A DNA stretch of 64,000 nucleotides, taken from positions 3,058-67,057 of the forward strand of contig CACBBE010000002.1 in NCBI GenBank assembly GCA_902537395.1, written 5' to 3'. The position numbers were made by a program, and so were the translations under genes. This document shows positions 35,869-46,761 of this stretch, piece after piece. The notes under the pieces were generated by a model, which was given only the letters and a program-made list of their open reading frames with translations, was not told the origin of the DNA and did not search any database. Numbering within the stretch: the first letter of the stretch is position 1; the number at the start of each line of letters is the position of its first letter. The stretch comes from an uncultured Synechococcaceae cyanobacterium (lineage in GTDB: Bacteria > Cyanobacteriota > Cyanobacteriia > PCC-6307 > Cyanobiaceae).

Positions 35869-36909
35869 ATGGGTCAAGATTTACCACTACTACTTTCTGC
35901 CGCATTGGGTAAAAAAGTAACTAGACCTCCAGTATGGATGATGAGGCAAGCAGGAAGATATATGAAAATCTATAGAGATTTAAGGGAGCGTTACCCAAGC
36001 TTTAGAGAGAGGTCTGAAAATCCAGAACTATCATATGAGATTTCAATGCAGCCTTTTCATGCTTTCAAACCAGATGGTGTGATCCTTTTTTCAGATATTC
36101 TCACACCTCTTCCAGGGATGGGCATAAATTTTGAAATAATAGAAAGTAAAGGTCCAATTATTGAGGACCCAATAAGAACTCTTAACCAGGTTGAAAATTT
36201 AAAAGAATTAAATCCAAGTAAGAGTTTAAGTTTTGTTGGGCAAGTTCTTTCTTCACTAAAAAAAGATGTAAATAATGAGGCAACTATTTTAGGTTTTGTT
36301 GGCGCACCTTGGACTCTTGCTGCATATGTAGTTGAAGGTAAAAGCAGTAAAAATTATTCTTTAATAAAATCAATGGCTTTTAATGAACCAGATTTACTTC
36401 ATAAACTTCTTGATCATTTTGCAAAATCTATTGGTGAATATCTTAAATATCAAATAAAATCTGGAGCGCAAGTAGTACAAATTTTTGATTCATGGGCAGG
36501 CCAACTAAGCCCACAAGATTACGATATCTTTGCTGGACCATATCAAAGAAAAGTTGTTGAAATTGTAAAAGCCGAATACCCTGAAACACCCATAATTCTT
36601 TACATTTCAGGTAGTGCTGGAGTCATAGAAAGAATGGCAAAAACTGGAGTAGATATAATCTCATTAGACTGGACAGTAGATATCGAAGAGGCTTGTAAAA
36701 GAATCCCTAGTGGGATAGGAATTCAAGGTAATGTTGATCCCGGCATCTTATTCGGAAATAAAGAATCAATAAAAGAAAGGATAGATAATACTTTCAATAA
36801 AATAAAAGACAGGAAATATATTCTTAATTTAGGTCATGGGATTTTACCTGGGACTCCAGAAGAAAATGCTCAAACATTTTTTGAACATGGGAAAAAACTC
36901 ACTTACTAG
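35869..36909 (+). CDS. hemE: Uroporphyrinogen decarboxylase
   Basis: [34 protein letters not shown]. Confidence 0.98.
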   Translation: MGQDLPLLLSAALGKKVTRPPVWMMRQAGRYMKIYRDLRERYPSFRERSENPELSYEISMQPFHAFKPDGVILFSDILTPLPGMGINFEIIESKGPIIEDPIRTLNQVENLKELNPSKSLSFVGQVLSSLKKDVNNEATILGFVGAPWTLAAYVVEGKSSKNYSLIKSMAFNEPDLLHKLLDHFAKSIGEYLKYQIKSGAQVVQIFDSWAGQLSPQDYDIFAGPYQRKVVEIVKAEYPETPIILYISGSAGVIERMAKTGVDIISLDWTVDIEEACKRIPSGIGIQGNVDPGILFGNKESIKERIDNTFNKIKDRKYILNLGHGILPGTPEENAQTFFEHGKKLTY

Positions 36910-36917
36910 TCAAAGTC

Positions 36918-37901
36918 TTGGCATATAAAAACTTATTAATAACAGGTGCGAATGGATGTGTTGGCCAATATTTAGTTGATTGGTTTTTAAAAAACACAAA
37001 ATTCAGGCTTTATCTCATGGTAAGAGACAAAAGTAAGTTGCCAATTTCTGTTCAAAAAAATAAAAAAGTCAAGTTAATTGTTTGTGACATCAGGGAATCA
37101 AATAAGTATAAAAGGGAAATTAGTCAAATTAGTTACCTAATACATACTGCTACAGCTTGGGGAGATCCAAGAAGAGCCTATGAAGTGAATATTAAAGCTT
37201 TTGAAGAATTACTTGAAATGCTTGATATTGAAAAGTTAGAAAAGATTATTTATTTTTCAACAGCTAGTATTCTTGATACCAAAACAGAACTAATGAGGGA
37301 ATCATTGATTTATGGAACAGAGTACATTCAAACAAAATATGAATGTTTCCAGAGACTTAGAGAAAGCTCATTTGCAGAAAAAACATTCGCTGTTTTCCCT
37401 ACCTTAGTTTTTGGAGGAAATCTTGGAAAAAAAAGTAAATATCCTGTGAGTTATTTAACCAGTGGATTAAAAGAAATTGGGAAATGGCTTTGGTTAGCAA
37501 GATTTTTAAAACTCGATTCTAAATTTCACTTTATACACGCAAATGATATTGCCCAGATTTGCGGGTTTCTAATTAAAAATCATAAAGAAGAGCAATACAA
37601 AGGCTTTAGAAAATTTGTGCTAGGTCAGAAATTCATCTCAATTGATGATGCCATAATTACACTTTTAAAAAGAAATAATATGAGGAGACTTTTTGCGATA
37701 CCGCTTACAAAAAAAATTCTAAAAATATTATTAAGAATTCTCCCCATCCAAACCACTCCTTGGGACAGCTTTAGTATCAAAAAATATGACTTTAATCATG
37801 TTCCCATCACCAATCCTGAGACTTTCAAACTTAAAAGTTATGCCAAGTCATTGAATGATATTTTAAGGTTATCTAAGTTACCAAGCTGTAATAACAATTA
37901 A
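36918..37901 (+). CDS. NAD-dependent epimerase/dehydratase family protein
   Basis: ITGANGCVG Rossmann motif, HTATAWG, FSTAS, YIQTK. Confidence 0.85.
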   Translation: MAYKNLLITGANGCVGQYLVDWFLKNTKFRLYLMVRDKSKLPISVQKNKKVKLIVCDIRESNKYKREISQISYLIHTATAWGDPRRAYEVNIKAFEELLEMLDIEKLEKIIYFSTASILDTKTELMRESLIYGTEYIQTKYECFQRLRESSFAEKTFAVFPTLVFGGNLGKKSKYPVSYLTSGLKEIGKWLWLARFLKLDSKFHFIHANDIAQICGFLIKNHKEEQYKGFRKFVLGQKFISIDDAIITLLKRNNMRRLFAIPLTKKILKILLRILPIQTTPWDSFSIKKYDFNHVPITNPETFKLKSYAKSLNDILRLSKLPSCNNN

Positions 37902-37960
37902 AATTCTCGCAGTTAGGTTACCAAAGCCTTGTAATATATATAAATAAGCAAATTTTAATT

Positions 37961-38311
37961 ATGTTACGTTCAATCTTTGCAGGGTTATTTGCAATAGTTT
38001 TAACTCTTGGTCTAGGTATTTCGTCAGCTTCAGCTCAAACTGTTGAAGTAAAACTGGGAACGGATGCTGGAATGCTTGCATTTGAACCAAGTACAGTAAC
38101 CATTAATGCTGGTGATACAGTTAAATTCATCAATAATAAACTTGCCCCTCACAATGCTGTTTTCGATGGGCATGAGGAATTAAGTCATGCAGACTTAGCG
38201 TTTGCTCCAGGAGAGTCTTGGGAAGAAACATTTGATACTGCTGGAACTTATGATTACTATTGTGAGCCACACAGAGGAGCTGGAATGGTAGGTAAAGTTA
38301 TTGTTGAATAA
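37961..38311 (+). CDS. petE: Plastocyanin
   Basis: Signal peptide; copper ligands in PHNAVF and [10 protein letters not shown]. Confidence 0.98.
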   Translation: MLRSIFAGLFAIVLTLGLGISSASAQTVEVKLGTDAGMLAFEPSTVTINAGDTVKFINNKLAPHNAVFDGHEELSHADLAFAPGESWEETFDTAGTYDYYCEPHRGAGMVGKVIVE

Positions 38312-38380
38312 ATTAATTCTTCTAAATAGTTAAAAACTCTTTTTTACTTAATACATACTACGTTAATACCTTAATTTTGA

Positions 38381-40966
38381 TTGATGAAAATAGTTCCAAG
38401 CGAATTTTCAAATTCTGCTTGGAACTGTTTTAATTTTGCCAAAAAAATTGCTTATAAAAATCATCAACAAGACGTAGACTCTGATAATTTATTAATAGCT
38501 CTGATAAAAGAGGATGATTTTACAAGAAAGATCTTAAAAAAAAATAATGTAAATCTAAAAGATCTTGAGAGGGAAATAATTTCTTCATTAAATTTGAAGG
38601 CAAAAATGAAAAATAAGCAAGATAATTTATATATTAGTGATACTCTTCACAAAATATTTTTGAGGGCGAATGATATTAAAAATAATTTAAATGATGTAGT
38701 GATATCAACAGAACATTTAGTTTACGGTTTGATTTATGATGATAAATATGGTTTTCAAATTTTAAATCAAAAAGGCATTCCAGAATTTCTTGAAATCATA
38801 AAGAAAATGAAGTCAGATCCGTCAGTAAAAAATGAATTTAATAGTTCTAATGAGTCTTTGGAAAAATATGGTATTGATCTAACTCAATCTGCACGAGATG
38901 GGATTTTAGACCCAGTTATTGGTAGGGATGAAGAGATTAGAAGAACAATTCAAATATTGAGTAGAAGAACAAAAAATAATCCGGTTCTTATTGGAGAACC
39001 TGGGGTTGGCAAAACAGCCATTGTAGAAGGGTTATCTCAAAGAATTGTTAATGGCGATGTCCCTTCTGCATTACAAGATAGGAAACTAATTTCATTAGAT
39101 ATGGGTTCACTTTTAGCCGGGGCAAAATATCGTGGAGAATTTGAAGAAAGAATAAAAAATATTTTAAAGAAAGTGAAAGAATCAGACGGTAAGATTATCC
39201 TTTTTATTGATGAAATTCATACGGTTGTTGGTGCAGGCGCTAGTGGAGGTTCTTTAGATGCAAGCAACCTATTAAAACCAATGCTTGCAAGAGGAGAACT
39301 TAGATGTATTGGTGCTACCACTATTAATGAACATAAACAAAATATCGAAAAAGATCCTGCTTTAGAACGAAGATTTCAAAAAATAAAAGTTGATGCTCCT
39401 TCTATAGATGATACTGTATCAATTTTAAGAGGATTGAGAGAAAGATACGAAGTTCATCATAGTGTGAGAATTTCTGATAATGCTTTAGTTGCTGCTGCAA
39501 CCCTTAGCGAAAGATATATTAACGATAGATTTCTTCCTGACAAAGCAATAGATCTAATCGATGAAGCAGCCTCAAGATTAAATATGGTCATAACTTCCAA
39601 ACCTGAAGAAATTGATGAAATTGATCGAAAAGTTCTACAGTTTGAGATGGAAAAATTATCTTTAAAAAGAGAAACAGATGATTTTTCTATAGAAAGATTA
39701 AAAAAAATCAATAATGAACTTATATCTCTTAAAGATAAACAGGCAGAATTAGGCGCTCAATGGAAAAAAGAAAAAGATGAAATTGATGAGATTAGCAACA
39801 TAAAAGAAGAAATTGAATCTGTTCAATTGCAAATAGATCAAGCTAAAAGGAGTTTTGACCTCAACAAAGCAGCAGAATTAGAATTTGGAACTTTAAATTC
39901 TTTGCAAAAAAAATTGAATGAAAAAAGTGATTCGCTAGTAAATTCCCAAAAAAATGGAGATACAAGTCTTTTAAGACAAGAGGTAACTCTTGATGATATT
40001 GCAGAAGTTGTTTCAAAATGGACCTCTATTCCAGTACAGAACTTAAACCAGTCAGAAAAAGATAAACTTTTGAGCCTCGAGTCAATCCTTAGAGAAAAAA
40101 TTATTGGTCAAGATTGTGCAATTAGGGCTGTTGCAGATTCCATCAAGAGATCAAGGACTGGTCTAAATGATCCAAGCAAGCCATTAGCCAGTTTTCTTTT
40201 TTTAGGTCCAACTGGTGTCGGGAAAACAGAGTTAAGTAAAGTAACAGCCAAAATTATATTCGATTCAAATTCTTCAATTACAAGACTGGATATGTCTGAA
40301 TATATGGAAAAGCATTCAGTGAGCAAAATTATAGGCGCGCCTCCAGGATATTTAGGTTTCGAGTCAGGCGGTCAACTAACTGAAGCTGTACGCAAAAATC
40401 CTTACTCATTGATACTTCTTGATGAAATAGAGAAAGCTCACAAAGATATTTTAGATATTCTCTTACAGGTTCTTGATGATGGAATCATTACAGATGGTCA
40501 AGGTCGTACAATCAATTTCAAAAATTCAATCATTGTTCTTACAAGTAATTTAGGAAGTCAATCAATTAATGATTTATCAGTTAGAAAAGAAGATACAAAT
40601 GAAATTAAAAAAGTTGTAGATAATGAAATTAAAAAATTTTTCAAACCTGAGTTTTTAAATCGACTTGATGAAATAGTTATTTTCAATAATTTAGAATTAA
40701 CTGACATAAAAGAAATTGCAAAAATCCAGCTTCAACATTTAGAAAAAAGACTTAGCAAAAAAAACTTAAAATTCAAAATTACGGATGATGCAATTAACCA
40801 ACTTGTCGAGAATAGTTTCGATCATACATATGGTGCAAGGCCTTTAAAAAGAATTATTCAAAAACAAATTGAGACAAAAATTTCAAATAATATATTGAAT
40901 AATCATTACCTTTATAAAAACGAGATTAATATTTATCTGGTTAATAGAGAGATAATTGTTGATTGA
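38381..40966 (+). CDS. clpB: ClpB chaperone
   Basis: Two AAA+ modules ([16 protein letters not shown]), coiled-coil middle domain, GARPL; N-domain looks divergent. Confidence 0.93.
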   Translation: MMKIVPSEFSNSAWNCFNFAKKIAYKNHQQDVDSDNLLIALIKEDDFTRKILKKNNVNLKDLEREIISSLNLKAKMKNKQDNLYISDTLHKIFLRANDIKNNLNDVVISTEHLVYGLIYDDKYGFQILNQKGIPEFLEIIKKMKSDPSVKNEFNSSNESLEKYGIDLTQSARDGILDPVIGRDEEIRRTIQILSRRTKNNPVLIGEPGVGKTAIVEGLSQRIVNGDVPSALQDRKLISLDMGSLLAGAKYRGEFEERIKNILKKVKESDGKIILFIDEIHTVVGAGASGGSLDASNLLKPMLARGELRCIGATTINEHKQNIEKDPALERRFQKIKVDAPSIDDTVSILRGLRERYEVHHSVRISDNALVAAATLSERYINDRFLPDKAIDLIDEAASRLNMVITSKPEEIDEIDRKVLQFEMEKLSLKRETDDFSIERLKKINNELISLKDKQAELGAQWKKEKDEIDEISNIKEEIESVQLQIDQAKRSFDLNKAAELEFGTLNSLQKKLNEKSDSLVNSQKNGDTSLLRQEVTLDDIAEVVSKWTSIPVQNLNQSEKDKLLSLESILREKIIGQDCAIRAVADSIKRSRTGLNDPSKPLASFLFLGPTGVGKTELSKVTAKIIFDSNSSITRLDMSEYMEKHSVSKIIGAPPGYLGFESGGQLTEAVRKNPYSLILLDEIEKAHKDILDILLQVLDDGIITDGQGRTINFKNSIIVLTSNLGSQSINDLSVRKEDTNEIKKVVDNEIKKFFKPEFLNRLDEIVIFNNLELTDIKEIAKIQLQHLEKRLSKKNLKFKITDDAINQLVENSFDHTYGARPLKRIIQKQIETKISNNILNNHYLYKNEINIYLVNREIIVD

Positions 40967-41015
40967 AGATCTATATTAAAGAATCCTGTATGACTTGAAA
41001 ATTAACAACTTTAAT

Positions 41016-41489
41016 CTAAGATTTGAACCAATCAGGAATTCCCTCATAACTTGCTTTATTCGATTTATTTTCTTTTGATTCTGTTTTCCAACAACATGTT
41101 CTGCCCTTATCCTTATCCTGTAAGTATTCATTAGCCCATCTCCAGATTAATTTAGAGGTGAACTCCATTCCCACATTATCCATAATTCTCAGATCTAAAG
41201 CATCTAAGTCATGTAATTTTTTCCAGTAATTTAGCAAAGGGTCATCTTTATTTATTAAAAAAGTATGGTCAAATTGCTCCTTTAGTCTATTTTCTAGGGG
41301 CTTTAGACTTGAAAAATCGACAACAAAATCATTTAGATCTAATTTTTTTGCAGTGAACCAAAAGGTGAATGATCTTGAATATCCATGCACAAATCTGCAG
41401 TGGCCTTCATGGCGCCATTGCCGATGTGAACAGGGAAAATCCTCGTAACTTTTGCTGCATGAAAATTTCAGAGAATGAATATACATCAA
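41016..41489 (-). CDS. queD: 6-carboxytetrahydropterin synthase / PTPS family
   Basis: CSHRQ..H.GHC..VHGY, VVDFS, FDHTFL. Confidence 0.82.
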   Translation of the reverse strand: MMYIHSLKFSCSKSYEDFPCSHRQWRHEGHCRFVHGYSRSFTFWFTAKKLDLNDFVVDFSSLKPLENRLKEQFDHTFLINKDDPLLNYWKKLHDLDALDLRIMDNVGMEFTSKLIWRWANEYLQDKDKGRTCCWKTESKENKSNKASYEGIPDWFKS

Positions 41490-41549
41490 TTAACTGTTAA
41501 TATTATTTTTAATAAAACACATTGAGTGGAATTTAACATAACGATTATA

Positions 41550-42209
41550 ATGACTTATTCAACTAATTTTTCGATAGAGGATCTACGCTTTGATAATTAT
41601 GGATTAATCCCTGCAATAGCACAAGATTGGCTTGAAGGATCTATTCTTATGCTTGCTTGGATGAACAAAGAATCTTTGAAAATGACCCTTGAAACCAAAA
41701 ACGTTTATTATTGGAGTAGATCAAGATCCGAAATTTGGAGAAAAGGAGCTACAAGTGGAAGTACCCAAATACTTAAGGAGATAAGATTCGACTGCGATAA
41801 TGATGCACTAATCCTCTTGATTGAACAAAATGGTAAAGGAGCATGTCACACTGGGGAAAAAAGTTGTTTTTTCAACGAAATTCAAATTAATCAAAGTGAT
41901 AAAAAAGAGAAAAAAATAACCCCCTTCTCAAATGTTTGCTCTGAATTATTCAATACAATTAACGAAAGATCAATAAATCCCTCAGAAAAAAGTTACACAA
42001 ATCATTTATTAACAAAAGGCAGTAATACTATTTTGAAAAAAATAGGAGAGGAATCTGCAGAATTTATAATGGCTTGCAAAGATAATGATAAAATTTCAAT
42101 CTCAAATGAAGCTGCTGATTTAATTTATCATATGCAAGTAGCCCTTATGCATAAAGGCGTTGAGTGGAGAGATATACTTGCTGTTCTAGAATCAAGAAGA
42201 AAAAATTAA
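41550..42209 (+). CDS. hisIE: Bifunctional phosphoribosyl-AMP cyclohydrolase / phosphoribosyl-ATP pyrophosphatase
   Basis: WSRSR..W.KGATSG, DCDND, ACHTG..SCF, KKIGEE, EAADL; in-frame ATG at 41550 preferred. Confidence 0.95.
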   Translation: MTYSTNFSIEDLRFDNYGLIPAIAQDWLEGSILMLAWMNKESLKMTLETKNVYYWSRSRSEIWRKGATSGSTQILKEIRFDCDNDALILLIEQNGKGACHTGEKSCFFNEIQINQSDKKEKKITPFSNVCSELFNTINERSINPSEKSYTNHLLTKGSNTILKKIGEESAEFIMACKDNDKISISNEAADLIYHMQVALMHKGVEWRDILAVLESRRKN

Positions 42210-42340
42210 ATAATTAAAATTTATAATTTTTAATCTAAAATTATTAAAAAATATTGTTAATAAATTATTAATTAATTATTACATGTGTGGCTTATTACCA
42301 AAATGACTATAAGTTTAATATATCGACAATGAGGTAAATC

Positions 42341-43264
42341 GTGAGTTCATTAAGCGATTTTCTTGGTGAAATAGGTCGTCATCAACTTTTGACACCTGAA
42401 AGAGAACTCACAATGGGCAGAAAAGTCCAAGAAATGGTTGTACTTGTTAATAGATGTCAAGAGGCAGGAGGGAAAGGCCCCGCTTGTGAATATTCCGAAG
42501 CTGAGAGAAAAAAGATCAAAATTGGTGAGAAAGCTAAAAACGAGATGATAACAGCCAACCTAAGACTAGTTGTCAACCTTGCCAAGAGATACCAAGGCAA
42601 AGGATTAGAATTACTGGACTTAATTCAAGAGGGGACATTAGGTCTTACAAGGGCCGTAGAAAAATATGATCCGTCTAGAGGACATAGATTTTCTACCTAT
42701 GCTTATTGGTGGATTAGGCAAGGTTTAAATAGAGCATTGTCAACTCAAAGTAGAACGATAAGGATCCCTGTTAACATCAATGAAAAACTTACAAAACTAA
42801 GATCAGCAAAATCGAAGCTTATGCAACTTAAGGGTATTCCACCCACTAGTGGTGAGCTAGCTGAAGAAATGAAAATAACCAAAGAGGAAATTGACGAACT
42901 CCTTTCTTGTGAATTGAGAAGCATCACTGTTAGTCTCCAAGGTACTGTTAAATCAAAATCAGATCCTTCCGAGTTAGTTGATATTCTTCCAAGTGATCAA
43001 ACTCCCCCAATGGAATTAGCCGAATTAGCCGAAAGGACAGCCTCGGCTTGGAAGTTATTAAATAAAGCAAATTTAACTGATAAAGAAAGAAAGATAGTAA
43101 GCCTAAGATTTGGTTTAGACGGCTCAAATGAATGGAGAACTTTAGCTGAAGTTGCAAGACATATGAGTTGTAGCAGGGAATATTGCCGACAAGTTGTTCA
43201 ACGTGCTTTAAGAAAACTTAGAAAAGCAGGAATACAGAATGGATTAGTTGATAGTATTAGCTAA
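42341..43264 (+). CDS. Group 2 sigma-70 family sigma factor
   Basis: ANLRLVV, DLIQEG..GL, RFSTYAYWWIRQ, SRTIRIP, region 4 HTH; no region 1.1; GAGGT before the GTG start. Confidence 0.95.
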   Translation: MSSLSDFLGEIGRHQLLTPERELTMGRKVQEMVVLVNRCQEAGGKGPACEYSEAERKKIKIGEKAKNEMITANLRLVVNLAKRYQGKGLELLDLIQEGTLGLTRAVEKYDPSRGHRFSTYAYWWIRQGLNRALSTQSRTIRIPVNINEKLTKLRSAKSKLMQLKGIPPTSGELAEEMKITKEEIDELLSCELRSITVSLQGTVKSKSDPSELVDILPSDQTPPMELAELAERTASAWKLLNKANLTDKERKIVSLRFGLDGSNEWRTLAEVARHMSCSREYCRQVVQRALRKLRKAGIQNGLVDSIS

Positions 43265-43301
43265 AAATTCTATTAAAAATATTTAAATTTCATTTATAGG
43301 G

Positions 43302-43670
43302 ATGAAAGAGAATTACAAAACCCAAGAAAAAATCTATGATGCTGAAGTTTTAGAGAGTTCAACATTTGATGAAAATATCATTATCAAGATTCTTATTAAA
43401 GCAGGAAGAACAATTGCCAAGCCTGCCTTAGAAGTTTTGGAGATGGCTGCAGATCCTTATACTCCAGCACAAGTAAGAGTTTCATTAATGGCTGCTCTAG
43501 CATATTTGATTATGCCATTTGATCTTTTCCCTGACTTTATGCCTCTAGTTGGGTTTAGTGATGATTTTGTAGCCCTCACAGCAGTACTCAGTATATGGAG
43601 TAAATACATGACTCCCTCTATAAGAGCAAGAGCAGAGAATAAGCTTAATAAGTTATTTCCATTTTATTAA
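43302..43670 (+). CDS. YkvA/DUF1232 family membrane protein
   Basis: ALAYLIMPFDLFPDFMPLVGFSDD. Confidence 0.88.
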   Translation: MKENYKTQEKIYDAEVLESSTFDENIIIKILIKAGRTIAKPALEVLEMAADPYTPAQVRVSLMAALAYLIMPFDLFPDFMPLVGFSDDFVALTAVLSIWSKYMTPSIRARAENKLNKLFPFY

Positions 43671-43991
43671 ATGAGTAAATTATCTATACAGGAAGAAAAA
43701 GAACTCATCTCCTTCATTAAAGATTGGTTAAAATCGCATGGATTCACCCAAAAAGACTTAGCAAATGAATTAAATATTAAATCGAGCAGAACCTCGGAGA
43801 TTATTCTCAAAATTAAAGAATTATATAAAAAAGGGGGCATGTTCAATATTGCAAAAAATCTTATAAAGATTGAGCAAAAATGGTTAAACAATATCAATAA
43901 CGATTTTCGAGAACCAAAACAAACACCACCATATAATCAATTAGATATCGACTCATTAGTAAACCAGATAAATCAAGATACTAGTAATTAA
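43671..43991 (+). CDS. Hypothetical protein with an XRE-like helix-turn-helix
   Basis: IKDWLKSHGFTQKDLANELNIKSSRTSEI; ATG directly abuts the upstream stop. Confidence 0.65.
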   Translation: MSKLSIQEEKELISFIKDWLKSHGFTQKDLANELNIKSSRTSEIILKIKELYKKGGMFNIAKNLIKIEQKWLNNINNDFREPKQTPPYNQLDIDSLVNQINQDTSN

Positions 43992-44185
43992 ATATTATTT
44001 AAAATATTATATTTTTTTTCAAAAATGACATAACCTTTTAAAACTAATCTTTAAATAAACAACGGTTTAAATATTAAATGTGACAAATTATTGAATTATT
44101 AAAGAAAAAATATTATTTATTTTTACTAAAATAAGTTCTTTTTAATTAATAGTTAATAATTACTAAAATTTTTCGTAAATCATAT

Positions 44186-44455
44186 TTAAAATGCCTGAAT
44201 CCAGGGATAAATATCATAATTAACCCATATACCTTTTTCCCAATATATATCCTCCTCAATGAGATCTTTCAACTCGTTTACATCATTAGCATTAAAAATT
44301 CCAAACAAATATTTAGTACATTTTGTTGGCCCTAATGTAACTAGAATATCGCGATCTTTTAAGTTTTTAAGTCTATTTAGATGTTGTTCACGAAATGGTT
44401 CCCTTTTAAAAATTGCATCTTCACAGTACCTTCCAAAAACTACAAACTTTTCCAT
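44186..44455 (-). CDS. YciI family protein
   Basis: MEKFVV, REPFREQHL, GPT, DIYW..G.W; in-frame ATG at 44455 preferred. Confidence 0.85.
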   Translation of the reverse strand: MEKFVVFGRYCEDAIFKREPFREQHLNRLKNLKDRDILVTLGPTKCTKYLFGIFNANDVNELKDLIEEDIYWEKGIWVNYDIYPWIQAF

Positions 44456-44552
44456 TTTTAAATATAAATAATAGAATAAATACATACTAAATAATTGCAT
44501 ATATTACACGCAAATTGCTATGTTATTTAATACAACTTTCTTATAATTAATT

Positions 44553-44909
44553 ATGCTAACTGGTAGTGATCTCCTTGCAAAAGTTAAAGAACTTGGTGAT
44601 GTTAGCAAATCTGAGCTAGTTCGGGCCTGTGGATATTTTTCCACTAAGAAAAACGGAGGTGAACGCTTAAACTTTACTGCATTCTATGAAGCACTTTTAG
44701 AAGCGAAAGGAGTTAATCTTGGTGATTCTGGAGTTGCGGGTATTGGAAAAGGTGGAAGAAAACTTAGTTATATAGCTACAGTACAAGGCAATGGGAATCT
44801 TCTGATTGGGAAAGCATATACAACACTTCTTGATTTAAAAGCAGGTGATGAATTCGAAATTAAGCTCGGAAGAAAACAAATCAGATTATTACCCACAGAA
44901 GAATCTTAA
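44553..44909 (+). CDS. Cyanobacterial AbrB-like transcriptional regulator
   Basis: LTG..LL.KVK, ACGY, FYEALLEAKG, VQGNGNLLIGKAYT, FEIKLGRK. Confidence 0.92.
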   Translation: MLTGSDLLAKVKELGDVSKSELVRACGYFSTKKNGGERLNFTAFYEALLEAKGVNLGDSGVAGIGKGGRKLSYIATVQGNGNLLIGKAYTTLLDLKAGDEFEIKLGRKQIRLLPTEES

Positions 44910-44993
44910 AGACAATAAAAATAAATTAGACTAAATTGTTTTTAATAAATTTTTCTATAATTGATTCTTTTAATTAATAAATTTTCTTCGTAT

Positions 44994-45836
44994 TTATTTT
45001 TTTTGATCAGCAGCTAAACGCATTTCTTTACAAAATTTACCAACATGCTCGACAACATCCTTTTCACTTGAACTAGAGATTCGTTTTACAAATGCACTCC
45101 CAATAATTACACCATCTGCGCCCCACTCACGAACTTTATTAACATGTTCTGGAGTGGATATTCCAAAACCAACAGCGATTGGATTGATAGTTACATCTTT
45201 TAATTTAGAGATAAGATTTTCTACTCTATTTTCCATTTTGTTTCTCTCACCAGTGACACCTGTAACACTTACTAAATAAGTAAAGCCTTTTGTATTATTT
45301 GATATTTGTTTCATTCTTTCAAAAGGAGTAGTTGGAGCTACCAATAAAATTAAGTCCATAGAATGGTTACTAACTATTTTAGAAAATTTATAAGCTTCTT
45401 CTAGAGGGAGATCAGGAACTATTAGTCCAGAAACTCCAGCATTAGATGCCATCTCACAAAAATTTTCAAAGCCATAGCATAGTAATGGATTTAAGTAAGA
45501 AAAAAGGATGATGGGAATATTTAATTTACCTTTTAAAGACTCTAAAAGTTGAATTACTTTTCTTAGGCTAGTCCCTGACTTTAGGGCTCGCGAGGCCGCC
45601 AATTGAATAACAGGTCCATCTGCAAGAGGGTCGCTATAAGGGATACCTAATTCAATAAGGTCAGCTCCATTTTCTTGCAACTTTAATAAGATCTCAGACG
45701 TTATTTCAATATTGGGATCTCCAGCCATTATAAAAGGCATCAAAGCTAATTTTTTATTATTTTTTAACTCACAAAACATCTCATCTACCTTAGATAAAGA
45801 TTCATTTTTAGTAATTTGCATTTTGTTATCTTTCAT
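44994..45836 (-). CDS. trpA: Tryptophan synthase alpha chain
   Basis: AGDP, ELGIPYSDPLADGPVIQ, VTGVTG, VGFGIS, IIGSA. Confidence 0.98.
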   Translation of the reverse strand: MKDNKMQITKNESLSKVDEMFCELKNNKKLALMPFIMAGDPNIEITSEILLKLQENGADLIELGIPYSDPLADGPVIQLAASRALKSGTSLRKVIQLLESLKGKLNIPIILFSYLNPLLCYGFENFCEMASNAGVSGLIVPDLPLEEAYKFSKIVSNHSMDLILLVAPTTPFERMKQISNNTKGFTYLVSVTGVTGERNKMENRVENLISKLKDVTINPIAVGFGISTPEHVNKVREWGADGVIIGSAFVKRISSSSEKDVVEHVGKFCKEMRLAADQKK

Positions 45837-45864
45837 GATTTTTAGATATTTTTCTATGAAAAAT

Positions 45865-46185
45865 TTATGTATTTTTTTCTAAATCTTCCATTAGTTTTTG
45901 CTGCTCTTCCTTTGACAATGAGTTGAATTTGGTTTCTAGTTTATCATTAACAACTTTTTCATACTCTTTTCTATAACGCTTCCTTTGTTCCATAAAAGTC
46001 ATTTTTCCATTTATAACTCTATAAACATAAGATGTGACCCAAGTAATAACAACCAAAATCAAGATGCAACTTGAGAGAGTAGTGGCTGTAAAATTGTCGA
46101 TCCCAATTCGTGGTGCAAATTTATAACTAATTAATCCTATTAATGAAATAAATAAACCTATTTGTATAACTTTTCCTTTAGTCAA
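45865..46185 (-). CDS. DUF3007 family membrane protein
   Basis: Two TM helices, W..SY..RV..G.MTF..Q...Y; follows ndhL. Confidence 0.82.
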   Translation of the reverse strand: MTKGKVIQIGLFISLIGLISYKFAPRIGIDNFTATTLSSCILILVVITWVTSYVYRVINGKMTFMEQRKRYRKEYEKVVNDKLETKFNSLSKEEQQKLMEDLEKNT

Positions 46186-46189
46186 TTAT

Positions 46190-46423
46190 TTACCCTTTAC
46201 CACTTCCTTTTAGTCTGAGATTTAAAAACGGAGAGAATAAAATTAAACCTGGAAAGAAAAGAAATACAAGGCCATAAATTCCTAATCTTTCAAATTTGCC
46301 CATAATATTCCATCTATTATTCATCCAGTAAAATAGTAACAATGGGATAACCAATAAATAGGTAGAAATAATTCCGATATAAGCAATTAAAGTAGCGAAT
46401 GAATTATTGAAAAAACTTTCCAT
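46190..46423 (-). CDS. ndhL: NDH-1 subunit L
   Basis: [25 protein letters not shown]. Confidence 0.92.
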   Translation of the reverse strand: MESFFNNSFATLIAYIGIISTYLLVIPLLLFYWMNNRWNIMGKFERLGIYGLVFLFFPGLILFSPFLNLRLKGSGKG

Positions 46424-46501
46424 TTTAATTTATGGTTGCTTAGTTAAAACATAACAACTATTGGAAGTTATCGTCAGAACTAAAAATAAATAATTAAATA
46501 G

Positions 46502-46587
46502 TGGGAGTGGGGGGACTTGAACCCCCACGAGCTAAATCGCTCGACGGATTTTAAGTCCGGCGCGTCTACCAATTCCGCCACACTCCC
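46502..46587 (-). tRNA. trnL: tRNA-Leu(UAA), intron-less, CCA not encoded
   Basis: Minus strand GGGAGTGTGGCGGAATTGGTAGACGCGCCGGACTTAAAATCCGTCGAGCGATTTAGCTCGTGGGGGTTCAAGTCCCCCCACTCCCA: 7-bp acceptor stem, long variable arm, TTC loop, anticodon TAA at 46551-46553. Confidence 0.97.
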
Positions 46588-46662
46588 AAAGGAATTTGCG
46601 CTTACTAATCGTAGCTGAAAGTATCCCATTTAACCAAGAAAAATTGGAAAATTTACACTTTT
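46553..46662. repeat. Direct repeat copy A (5' half of tRNA-Leu plus ~75 bp upstream)
   Basis: Ungapped match to 48150-48259, 13 mismatches in 110 bp by manual count; first 22 bp identical. Confidence 0.95.
46608..46613 (-). promoter_or_regulatory. Putative -10 element (TACGAT) of the tRNA-Leu promoter
   Basis: TAnnnT hexamer about 20 nt upstream of the mature tRNA 5' end; inferred from position only. Confidence 0.45.
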
Positions 46663-46681
46663 CGGGAAACAGTAGACACGC

Positions 46682-46710
46682 TGGATAACCATATTATTTA
46701 TAAATATAAT
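46682..46710 (+). promoter_or_regulatory. Putative sigma-70 promoter of the islet gene
   Basis: TGGATA-N17-TATAAT, with palindrome TATTTATAAATA (46695-46706) overlapping the -10; AT-rich context weakens this. Confidence 0.35.
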
Positions 46711-46761
46711 TAAACATAACCTTGAAAGATCTAATTTTTATAAGTAATAAAAAGAGAAAAG

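Noticed and set aside
40470-40510. ClpB NBD2 reads DDGIITD instead of the usual DDGRLTD
   Set aside because: Walker A/B, sensor 1, FLNRLD and GAR motifs are intact; not enough to claim altered function.
44470-44552. TTGC-N11-GCAA and other short inverted repeats upstream of the abrB-like gene; NtcA or CIRCE sites upstream of petE and clpB
   Set aside because: Half-sites are too short for this AT-rich DNA, and no proper GTA-N8-TAC or CIRCE match was seen.
46549-46555. Group I intron in tRNA-Leu(UAA), as in many cyanobacteria
   Set aside because: The anticodon loop is uninterrupted, and the downstream insert does not split the functional gene.
46544-46560. C-U mismatch at the top of the anticodon stem as a scar of half-swapping
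   Set aside because: Both repeat copies have the same C, so it predates the duplication.
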